A DNA stretch of 64,000 bases from Candidatus Saccharimonadia bacterium. GTDB lineage: Bacteria > Patescibacteriota > Saccharimonadia > Saccharimonadales > JALRHH01. The DNA lies in NCBI GenBank assembly GCA_023253175.1, contig JALRHH010000001.1, forward strand, positions 492,020-556,019, in the 5' to 3' direction. Positions 19,237 to 30,000 of this stretch are shown one piece after another (positions within the stretch are counted from its first letter, which is position 1; each line of letters starts with the position of its first letter). The position numbers and the translations under genes are program-made. A model generated the notes under the pieces. That model was given only the letters and a program-made list of their open reading frames with translations, had not been told where the DNA came from and made no database searches.

Positions 19237-22200
19237 CTACTGCTTACAGGTATCTAGGGGTCGCGGTTGCTCGTTGTAAAACCACTTACCACCTGTCATA
19301 CGGAGGTTAGGCGGCGGCGTAGCGCTCAATCTATAGTAGACCGTAAAATCTGTTACGTTCCCTGCTGTTGACTCTGGGAAGGTTGCGGTTGTGCTGTCAT
19401 CTATTGTTGCCATGAGTTGTACGTAATAGATATCGCCAAGGCCACACATTGGGGTCGGCTCACTACCCGTTCCTTGCACAGCAGAGGTAATAGCCCCGAA
19501 TGCACCAGAGCTGGGAGCAACCTTATATATGACAGAGGATCCAAATGGCAATGTACCATTGTAATATACGCCCGCTACATCCGTCGTAGGACTGATGCTT
19601 AATAGTTTTGAATACTTACCAACCCTGGATTGTACGGTCACAGGCGCGATCCTACTCTGAGTTACAAAGGTGTTGGTAGCTTCGTTACCGCCTGTAATGA
19701 CAAGATAGCCCTTTGCCATCACAGCTCCCTGCCCAAAGCGTCCTGGCGAAGCAAAGTCTGACACTGAACGGTCCCAGGCGCCAAGGCTACCACTTGATAG
19801 CACTGGCGCTGCCTGGATCTCACCAAGATTACCTGTACAGTTACCACCAGAACTTGCAGTACAGCCCCCTACCATATACAAATACCCATTGTAACCTATA
19901 GCGCTACTACCGTAGCGGGCAGTCGGTAGTGCACGGTCCGTAGCCCATGAGCCGGTCAACGTACCGTTGGCAGCAATTGATATGACACTCACATCAGCTT
20001 GAATGGCAGTACAGTTACCAGAAGCCATAGCACTGCATCCACCAAGAATATATAGCCTGCCGCCGTATGCTACTGCGCTTTGCTTGAATCGGCTACTTGG
20101 AGCGCTCAATCCACCGGCGCTACTGAACGTACCTGTGCCGAGCGCATTACTTCCAACCGTACCATTACTGTTAATCGCTGCATATTGTACATCGCTCTGG
20201 AACGTCGTACAGTTTTGGGTGCCAGACATATCGCTACAGCCATTCATGACATACATGTAGCCGTTATATATAACTGCAGAATGGCCAAATCGTCCGGTTG
20301 TAAACGTACCGGCTTGACTCCAGTTGCCAATCTTACCAATATTCCCCGCCCCAGCAGTACACCCATTTGTATTAAGCACACCATCACAGATAGGCGCATA
20401 GAGCACGTTATTTGAATAAGATGTACAGGCGTTAGTTCCCGACGCCAAACAGCCACCAATTGCGTAAATATAGCCATTGTATGTCAATGATACGAGCCCG
20501 CCCCTATCCGCCGGCAATGCTGTCCCAGCAGTCCAAGCACCAATGGTGCCATCACTTGCGATACTCGCATAACGAGTGTCTGGCGTAATGCCACTACAGG
20601 CATGTGCAGTACTAATACCTTTTGATGTACAGCCGCCCACAACGTATAGATATCCATTATATTCGGTTGCGCCATGATCAGCACGCCCAGCACCAGATGT
20701 CGTCTGGGCAGTCCAAGAACCAGTTGTGCCGCTCCCACCGTTATTAATGCGGGTGTACTGATAGTCATTAAGTATTTGTCCGGGAGAATTACAGTCGATG
20801 GTACCTAGGATATTCGCCTGAGAACAACCCCCTATGATATACAGAAATCCATTTACTACCAAAGCACCCGTACCATAGCGAATTCCGGAATAAGCGGCCG
20901 TAGTAGACCAGGATCCTAAGCTGCCATTGGCGTTGATCACCGCACGGTACACTACCGTTTGGGCTATACCAGAACTATTTAGCCCACTTGCAACATACAC
21001 CTGCCCATTACTGACTGTAGCAGTATGTGAGTCCAGATTGCCAGCTGCCAGGAAGCTACTACCACTACCACCATTAATAGCTGCATTGGCATCTTTCCAG
21101 CCCGTCACGTTATCTAGGGCGCCACTCGCATTGATTGGAATAAACTGCGCATCATTAGGTTCATTACCGATTTTAGAGCTCCAGCCACCACCATTACCGC
21201 CACCCATAATATACAATTTGTTACTTGCTACAAATGCTTTGACTCCCTTGCGACCGGCCCCTGATGGCAAGCCGGTAGTAGCAAGACTAAAGTTTCCAGC
21301 ACCACCCGTCGTCGTAAGAGTTGATTGATAGATTTGACTATATAAAGTTGTGCCGCCAGCGTTTGCACCACCAATGATATACATCACACCGTTGTATATG
21401 ACCATCGCAGAATGTCCACGCCCGTTTGTACTCGTATACGTCATAGAGTTGTTCGTATAGTCAGCAAAAATTGTCGTCCAGTTGCGTAAATCTCCAGGAC
21501 CGACACAACCGACAACCGGAACATTAGCAGCTGTACAAATCACTGCCGATTGAACATCGCTCCAGTCAGTTGTAGCACCTCCACTGCTGTTACCACCTGC
21601 AATATAGAGATAACCGTTATAGGCAGCGGCAGCCAATCCGATTCTGCCGGGACAGCTACCAGCACCCGCACAGCCATGGGACCCTCCGCTCAGATTATTA
21701 AAATTACTGCTCGTTGTATTCCACGTCAACGAGCCATCTGCAGCCATTTGCGCATATCTTGTAGTTCCAACACCACCACCACCGGTTGTATTTGCATTAC
21801 CGCCAATCACATAAATATAGTTGCCGTATGTTGCCGTAGCAAAAGCAGTACGCGGTGTCGTTGCATCGTAATTAGCCGCAGCGCTATAAGAGCTTGTGAC
21901 ACCCGCGGTATCAACCTTGGCTTTTCTGGTATCCGTTAGATAGTTATTACCGCTATTACATCCAGCCGCATTACTGTCGCAGCCCCCTGTAATGTAAAGG
22001 TAACCGCTGTATTGAGTCATTACATGATCGAATCGCCCGCCAGTATTAAATGTAGTAGTGGAAAGCCACGTTCCGAGTGTGCCATTAGCGTTGATCGGAG
22101 CATACTGGACATCATTATAAGTAGCATTACCACCAGAGATATAAATATAGCCATTGTATACGGTTGCACTAAATTGGTATCTCGCCGTTGTAAAGGTAGT

Positions 22201-24003
22201 AGCTGAAGTAGCCCAAGCTCCAAGTGTACCAGTACTGTTAATGGCAGCATATTGAGTAGCATTTGTAAGTGTGCTGCAATTACCCAAGCCGTCGACTGCC
22301 GTACAGCCCCCCATGACATATATATAGCCATTGTAAGTAACTGCCGCAAAACCATAGCGGGCAGTAAAAGCGGCGCCCGTATTAGCACTCGTCCAAGTGC
22401 CTACCGTGCCATTGGCATTGACTGCAGCATACTGCACGTCACTACCGATTGTCTGGCAGGTCTTAAGTCCACTATTAGTATCCGTACAGCCCCCCATGAC
22501 ATATAGGTAACCGTTGTATATCTGTACGTTATGTGAGTACCGGGCACTTGTAAATCCGTTTACAAAGCTCCCGCTGCTAGCAGAGTTGTAGGTATATCGC
22601 CAGGTACCAAGTTTACCCTTATTTCCTGCCCCCGCACTACACCCTCCAGTATTTAGATCACCATCACAGATTGGGGCGTACTGAACGTCGTTATAGAGTA
22701 CTGACGTGCCAGAAGAGGTACCTCCTAATATATACATATAACCGTTGTATGCTACCGCTTGTAGGTTGGCTCGGGCATTAGTAAAGGAGCTTGTCGGTTG
22801 CCATGTGCCGACATTACCGTTACCATCGATAGCAGCATACTGGACGTCGCTGAGTCTAGTACCACCACTTGTTTGACCACCTAATACATACAAGTAACCG
22901 TTGTATGCCACACTACCCTGGGATGAACGCTTAGTCGTAAACGCAGTGCCGCCCGCGTTATCCCAAACACCAGTAGTACCCCCGGTTATACCTCCTCGAC
23001 TAATCTGCCCGCTTGTATCATAAGCAGCCATGCCTTCGTTATTACTGTTATTAGTAAACTCACTTGAACTGGTTACGGTTACGCTTGGGTCAACAGTGAG
23101 GGGGTATGCAAGATTTCTGAGTTGATCCGCAACGACTGTTAAGCGGTTGCCATTTAGAAGGTACTTAGTGTGCCCCGCATTACCGTTCTGATCCTTAATG
23201 AACGGAGCCGGAATGGTAAACATCAGGTAATCTTTGGTGCCGTTTTTACGGGCATCCATGATACGAGTTTTGTCTTGGTCGTTGCTCAGATTAATATTTC
23301 CATATAGTGCTGGGCTAGCCGAGTAGATACCAATAGAACCATCACTCAGTAATTTTGCGGCTAGAGTATCTGGTAGTTTCAAGTCGTAGCTATAACGCAG
23401 CGTATCACCAATGTATTTAGACAGTACAATATCTTCTTTAAGCCCGTTAGCCTTGGCTGTATAAATAATCTGCCCGCCATCTACGAATGGATATACCACG
23501 CGGTCCTGTACTAATTTGCCATCCCGCATTGGAAAATCAGGCACCATACTAAATGACAGACGATTAACGTTATCGTAATACGTAATTCCTTGTTTTGCCT
23601 TGGTCGGCAAATCAACCGAATACAGACTGGTGTCGTCTTTACCACCACCGCCAACCTGCTGTGCCGTTAATTGACTCAGCGCTCCGGCGACTCCCTCTGA
23701 GTCACCACCCTTTTGTTGTTTGGCTATATTTGCCGCAAGTAACGCGACGCCATTTTTGTTGAACTGCCATTTATTGCCCTGCTGGTCGTAGCTAAATTTA
23801 CTACTGAGGTTTTTGTTGGCCGTGCCAATCACTTTCTCTGTCTTTGGACTGATAGCGTACGCCTTCATGCCATCAATCCAGCTGAACGCCGGGATAGCCA
23901 AACTGCTGAGCAAGACTAACGCCACCAAGGCACGCGCCCACCTCGCATACCCAACATGCTTCACGTGTTTCTTAAGTGTTTGTTTTGCCCGCCTCATATA
24001 CAT
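19237..24003 (-). CDS. Giant Kelch-repeat beta-propeller surface protein (1588 aa), paralogue of 3721..9906
   Basis: ATG at 24003, 8 nt after the stop of the upstream 3574-aa gene. Signal/anchor sequence (ARALVALVLLSSLAIPAFS). About 18 blades (AYNGYLYVLGG, AYNGYMYILGG, TYNGYIYVMGG, EYNGYLYVVGG and others). The N-terminal module ends in YPLTVDPSVTV, and the C-terminus ...NEQPRPLDTCKQ aligns with ...GQQQPLDTQC of the 2061-aa protein. Confidence 0.85.
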   Translation of the reverse strand: MYMRRAKQTLKKHVKHVGYARWARALVALVLLSSLAIPAFSWIDGMKAYAISPKTEKVIGTANKNLSSKFSYDQQGNKWQFNKNGVALLAANIAKQQKGGDSEGVAGALSQLTAQQVGGGGKDDTSLYSVDLPTKAKQGITYYDNVNRLSFSMVPDFPMRDGKLVQDRVVYPFVDGGQIIYTAKANGLKEDIVLSKYIGDTLRYSYDLKLPDTLAAKLLSDGSIGIYSASPALYGNINLSNDQDKTRIMDARKNGTKDYLMFTIPAPFIKDQNGNAGHTKYLLNGNRLTVVADQLRNLAYPLTVDPSVTVTSSSEFTNNSNNEGMAAYDTSGQISRGGITGGTTGVWDNAGGTAFTTKRSSQGSVAYNGYLYVLGGQTSGGTRLSDVQYAAIDGNGNVGTWQPTSSFTNARANLQAVAYNGYMYILGGTSSGTSVLYNDVQYAPICDGDLNTGGCSAGAGNKGKLGTWRYTYNSASSGSFVNGFTSARYSHNVQIYNGYLYVMGGCTDTNSGLKTCQTIGSDVQYAAVNANGTVGTWTSANTGAAFTARYGFAAVTYNGYIYVMGGCTAVDGLGNCSTLTNATQYAAINSTGTLGAWATSATTFTTARYQFSATVYNGYIYISGGNATYNDVQYAPINANGTLGTWLSTTTFNTGGRFDHVMTQYSGYLYITGGCDSNAAGCNSGNNYLTDTRKAKVDTAGVTSSYSAAANYDATTPRTAFATATYGNYIYVIGGNANTTGGGGVGTTRYAQMAADGSLTWNTTSSNFNNLSGGSHGCAGAGSCPGRIGLAAAAYNGYLYIAGGNSSGGATTDWSDVQSAVICTAANVPVVGCVGPGDLRNWTTIFADYTNNSMTYTSTNGRGHSAMVIYNGVMYIIGGANAGGTTLYSQIYQSTLTTTGGAGNFSLATTGLPSGAGRKGVKAFVASNKLYIMGGGNGGGWSSKIGNEPNDAQFIPINASGALDNVTGWKDANAAINGGSGSSFLAAGNLDSHTATVSNGQVYVASGLNSSGIAQTVVYRAVINANGSLGSWSTTAAYSGIRYGTGALVVNGFLYIIGGCSQANILGTIDCNSPGQILNDYQYTRINNGGSGTTGSWTAQTTSGAGRADHGATEYNGYLYVVGGCTSKGISTAHACSGITPDTRYASIASDGTIGAWTAGTALPADRGGLVSLTYNGYIYAIGGCLASGTNACTSYSNNVLYAPICDGVLNTNGCTAGAGNIGKIGNWSQAGTFTTGRFGHSAVIYNGYMYVMNGCSDMSGTQNCTTFQSDVQYAAINSNGTVGSNALGTGTFSSAGGLSAPSSRFKQSAVAYGGRLYILGGCSAMASGNCTAIQADVSVISIAANGTLTGSWATDRALPTARYGSSAIGYNGYLYMVGGCTASSGGNCTGNLGEIQAAPVLSSGSLGAWDRSVSDFASPGRFGQGAVMAKGYLVITGGNEATNTFVTQSRIAPVTVQSRVGKYSKLLSISPTTDVAGVYYNGTLPFGSSVIYKVAPSSGAFGAITSAVQGTGSEPTPMCGLGDIYYVQLMATIDDSTTATFPESTAGNVTDFTVYYRLSATPPPNLRMTGGKWFYNEQPRPLDTCKQ

Positions 24004-24011
24004 TAATACTA

Positions 24012-27000
24012 TTAGAACTTACTCTTATAATCTAGATATATGTTACCGACCCTGGTGTCTCCACCATTTGGAGACTGTAGCTTGATGCGGAATGTCATGT
24101 AAGCACCCGGTGTATATGTACCACTACTGAGTGCACAAGCGGTACTTGGTGCTCGCCACAGACCCGCGTTGTAGCCGGCTGTAGGGGTGACCGAAATGTT
24201 GTTACAAATCGTTGTGCCAGCAGTATCTATTGCCGTTATACTGATCGTACCGTTTGTGGCATCAGTTGTGTACGCCGAGACTGTTACTAGATTACTGTTT
24301 GCCCAACTTGCAAAGTCGCTTGGTACTGGAACTTGCACAACGATATCGTAGTCCTGGTTAGTACCCTGGGTGGTGGTCCACTTGTAATAATTCATGCGAC
24401 TGGCACTGTCATAACCACTCGTCATGGTACCAGTATTATTCGTAAGATCTGGGTCCAATACCACGCTTGGGTATTCTGCGATTAGATTAATCCGCTTTGT
24501 GTTCTGAGCGTTGCCACTCAAGGTAAACGCACCGCCATTAACAGCACTACTCAGTGAGATTCCGTTCGTCGCAGTACCGAGCTGAATATCACCATTGCCC
24601 GCGATACTAAACAGTGCTGTTCCGCCATTATTCTGAACCAGGAAGTTACCGGTAGCACCAGTACCACAAGCAGTACAGTTAAGCTTCATGATGATGCTTG
24701 GATCTGTTGCGGTATCAGCTGCGGTAAACTGAAGATTCTTGTTATCAGCCAGCAAGATAGTTGCTGGTGAAGATGCGTCGTAAGCACCTTGAAGCGTAGT
24801 AGCAGTACAGCTTGTCCAAGATGGCGCACCGCCAGTTGTGGCAATCAAACACTGACCAGTTGTGCCAGCACCAGTAGATACCAGTGACGTACCATTACTG
24901 TATACAATACCGTTTGTCGTGTAGCTCGTGTTGTTGGTTCCACCGTAGAGAAGACCAATCGTACCAGCTTGCCATGTACCACTCGTTACAACACCGGTGT
25001 TACTAATCACAAATTGGTTAGCATTACCGACAGTGAGAGAGCCGTTTGTATCTACGTCACTTGTGATATTGAGCGTACCAGTGACGTTGGTGTTCTTCAT
25101 GAGTTCGATGGTGCCGGCAGGTTGAACAACATAGTTCGTGGAACTATTGACCTGACCTCCGTAGATATTGGTGCTACTAGCATCATTTATAGATCCACCC
25201 CCCAGTGTATTGCCTGCAATATAGTTACTGCTCGATGAAACGCCCAGGTTAATAGCATAATTATTGGTAGTTGCGGAAGTATCATTAATTGAGTTTCCTA
25301 CGATACTGTTACTAGAAGAGTTCGGAATATAGATAGCATTGTTGGTCGTATTACCTCCGTTAGAGTGGAATTTATTAGAAGATACTATGTTAGCACTACC
25401 CCCGTTAATCTCAATACCATACACAGAGTTACTGACTATATTATTGCCAGATATTAAGTTCTGGCTAGCATTGCCAGTCGTATGTATACCTTCATTGTTA
25501 GACTGGATCGTATTGCCAGTAATATTGTTATTTGATGCAGTGGCAGTCTCGAGGAAAAAGCCATCACCGTTCACATTACGAACCGTGTTACCGGTAAAGT
25601 TATTGTACCCAGAGCTAACATAGATTCCTTTATTGTTAGTCGAATCAACGATGTTCGATGTAAAGGTGTTATTACTAGAAGTAGAAGTAACAATATATAT
25701 ACCATGAGTTCCGCCTAGGATCTCGTTGTCGGTAAAGGTGTTATTTATTGAAGTGCCGTCAATCATAAGGCTCACTACACTGCCACTAACAGCATTCTTC
25801 ATACTTATGTCTGATACATAGCTATTGGCAGTCGAATTCAGTGACATATTGCTCGTGCGCCAGTTGTTCACCCAGAGGTCTGTAAGTTTCGCACCCTGCA
25901 CCGCCGTGCCGGTATTGCCGGAACCAACCCCATTCAAGTAAATACCCCGCATTGTGCCACTCGACTGATTAGTCGTATTACCATCCAGACGCAAGTTCTG
26001 AATCACAATACCCGTACCGTTACCGCCTGTAGTAGTATTAGTAATAGCATCAATGCTCGTATTAAAGGTATTCTGAATAGTTATAAGTGTATTACTGCCC
26101 ACGCCAGTAAGTGTCGTATTGTTTGGCACAGATATTGATGCGTCAATAGTATAGGTGCCAGCAAGTAGTACGACCTTCTTACCAGATGCCGCAGTTAATG
26201 CCTGGTTGATCTCTACCTGATCACCATCAGCTGCTGCTCCGGTATTACCATTTGCAACATAGTCAGCTGCGTCTTTATCAGTTTGTGAGCTATCACTTGC
26301 AGCTACAATTACCGCCTCGGTACGATCGGCCTGCCACTTGCCGTTTGCATAGACAAGCAGCTGTTTTGTTGTAGTGTCGAAATACAGCATGCCCTCTGTT
26401 GGTGATACTGGACGAGATGCCGTATTGCCGCCAGTAATGGTCAAGGATTGACTTGCCGCAACAACAACATTCTTGTTTAGGTTGATCTGAGTCGCGTTAG
26501 TTGTACCAATGTTGAGAGCAACTGCAGTTGCAGTATCTAGAAGCGGTGTTGTAAATGACGTGTCCGCGCGGCCAGTACCGGAAATCCAGAAGTTAGCAGT
26601 CGTTTGCTGGCTTGCGTTCTGGTTCTGGATGTAGTTACCAGATCCGCTGCCTGCCGCAAAAGCAGCACATGTAATCGAATCTCCTAGCTGCGTCACAGCC
26701 TGGCCCGCTGGACATGCCGCTGGATAGTTACTGAGCGCTTGCCAATCAACAGTGCCCGCGCTACTAATTGTTAATGTGTCAGATACATACGCATCAATAA
26801 GCGCCGTACCGTTCCATGTACCACTCGTAACAACTCCAGTGTTACTGATGACGAACTGGTTGGCGTTGCCTACGGTAAGGGAACCGTTAGTATCTACGTC
26901 ACTTGTGATATTGAGCGTACCAGTGACGTTGGTGTTCTTCATGAGTTCGATGGTGCCGCTACCAGCTGGCTGGATCATGAAGTTACCGGAGGCGTTTGCT

Positions 27001-30000
27001 TGGCCACCGTAAGTATTAGATGTAGGGGTGTTGTCACTGATAGAACCACCCCCCAGCGAGTTATCGGCAAGATAGTTCGCAGTACTTACAGCGGTCAAGA
27101 CAATGGCGCTGTTTGTCCCTGTTGCAGATGTGTCGGTAATAAGGTTCGAGCTGATAGTATTGCCACCAGAACCTATCAGTAAAATAGCCTGATTCAAGCT
27201 TACGCCGCCGCTATCGTGCACGCTGTTGCCTGAAATAAGGTTACTGGTAGCGGTATTTAGTGATATACCTGCACTAGTGCTTCCTTGGACAACGTTACCT
27301 GTAATATTATTGTTAGCAGGTACAGAGTCAGTATAGATATAAATACCTGTTGCGCCGCCACTAATATTATTGCCACTTACAGTATTTCTGCCACTGATAG
27401 TCGGATCAACTCCTGTCATATATATACCGTAAGATACGTTATTTTGCAGTAGGTTGTCCGTAAGGATGTTGTCTGAACTACCAGACAAAGATATACCCAT
27501 AGATCCATTACCCTGCGCAATGCTATTAGTAACAGTGTTGCCATTCGCTGTAGCGAATAGGAATCCAGCGTTACGCCAGTTATTTGAGGCAACATTTGTT
27601 GCCTTTGTGCCCGTAGATGCGTTTAAGTAGACACCGTACATAGTACCGCTCGTTTGGTTACTCAGATTACCATCAAGCTGCATATCGCGAACCGTGACAT
27701 TATTGCCAAGACTAAGTGCATTAATATTCGTATTGAAACTATTTGGAATCGTAATGATAGTTCCCTGTCCAACACCTGAGATTACGGTGTTGTTTGGTAC
27801 GGATACAGCTGCGTCAATAGTGTATGTACCAGCAAGCAATACAACCTTCTTACCAGATGCCGCAGTTAATGCCTGGTTGATCTCTACCTGATCTCCGTCT
27901 GCCGCCGCACCCGTGTTGCCATTAGCAACATAGTCAGCCGCGTCTTTGTCAGATTGTGATGAGTTACTTGCAGCAACGAGGATCGCGTCAGATCGATCTG
28001 CCTGCCACTTGCCATTGCTGTATACAAGAAGCTTCTTGGTGGTTGTGTCGAAGTAGATCATACCTTCTGAACCTGCTGGACGAGAACCAGTATTACCACC
28101 GGTGATGGTTAAGGTCATAGAAGAAGCAATAGTTACCTCGCCATTAAACACAGAACCTACTCCACTACTGCCAAAGGTAATGCCTGCTGCATTATCGCCT
28201 ATTTTTAATCCAATGCCAGATGTCAAAACATCGATCTCATCAGTATAGAGTACTCCGCCCGCACTGAAGTCACCGTTCACGCGACCGCTGCCATTGATCC
28301 AGAAGCTAGCAGCCTGAGCAGAGGCATTTTGATTCTGAATATAGTTACCAGATCCGCTGCCTGCTGCAAATACAGCACAAGTGATGGTGTCACCAAGCTG
28401 GGTAATTGCCTGGCCGGCAGGACACGCAGCTGGGTAGTTATTCAGCGCCTGCCAATCAACTGTGCCCGCATTACTGATCGTCAGCGTGTCAGATACATAT
28501 GCATCAGTCAGAACAGAGCCATTCCATGTGCCACTCGTTACAACACCCGTATTACTGATGACGAATTGGTTGGCGTTGCCTACGGTGAGGGAACCATTTG
28601 TATCAAGATTACTACTTACGTTGAGTGTTCCCGTGACGTTGGTGTTCTTCATGAGTTCGATAGTGCCACTACCAGCAGGCTGGATCATGAAGTTACCGGA
28701 GGCATTTGTTTGGCCACCGTAGGTTGTGTTAGTGCCGAGGTCGTTAATGCCGAGACCACCTAGATTGTTATCAGCTATGTAAGCACCGTCAGTTGTAGCA
28801 TTGATGTTTATTGCGTAGCCAGATGTACCAGCGCCGTCAACAATCGTGTTACCGATGATCCGTACGCTATCAGCATCTACAAGGTTTATCGCATCAAGTG
28901 ATGCATTTGAAGTTATGATTGTGTTGCCAGATACTGTCATTGGCACACCGAGGGTGGTCGGGCTGGTTATGTATAGTTCGCTCGTCGTATTATCAGCGAA
29001 CTGGACGATAGCACTACTATTCAGTGTAACCCTGCCGTTAATATAGTTACCATCGAATCCAATGATACCTGAATTGTTTGAAAGAGAAACGTCACCGTTA
29101 ACAATGTTGTTATTAAAGCTATCTATTTGAGAGCCATTGAGCGACATAGAGCCCGCAGTAGTGTTACTGAACTTAGAAACTATTGCACCATTAATAAGGA
29201 CTACTGCGCCTGAAGTCGTACTGCTTACTATAGAGTTAAGCTGTATACCATCTAGATACACCGTACTACCAGTCCAACCACTAATTCCAATATTAGAAAG
29301 ATCGTTATTAGGGTTAGCACTGCTACTTACAAGGTGTATGGCATGCTGAACACCAGTTGTGAATACCCCGCTCAGTGTCATGTTGCGCAAAGAGACACCC
29401 TGGGCTGATGACGTATTACTGTTCTCAATAAGGTTATCAACAGTAGCACCGACGCTTAATCTAATAACTGTACTATTTTTACCAGCACCCTCGAGAGTTG
29501 TGTCATTCGGGACCAAAATTGTACCGGCAGTAGTATATGTACCTTCTGTTAGGTACACCTTTCCGCCCGTTGCTGCGGTTAGTGCTGCATTGATAACCGC
29601 TTCATCAGTACTTCCGTTCGCAACATAATCTGCAGCATCTTTTACAGACTGCGGCGCATTACTTGCAGCTACGATCTTAGTCGCAGTAGAGCGATCAGCT
29701 TGCCATTTACCATTTGCATATACCAATAGCTGCTTGGTTGTTGTGTCAAAGTACAGCATACCCTCAGTTGGCGATGCTGGGCGAGATGCCGTGTTACCGC
29801 CAGTGATCGTGAGACTCTGGCTTGCAGCAAGGACGACAGAACCGTTAAACGTCTTGTTGCCTGCAAATGTTTGGTTACCTGTAGATACAAGGCCAGGGTT
29901 AGATGCATCAGCAGTCTGAAGATATAGATTGACCCCAGAGATAACTGCACCGTTTGCAGACTTAGTTTGTGAATCAATTGCACCAATAGTTGTCACGCCA

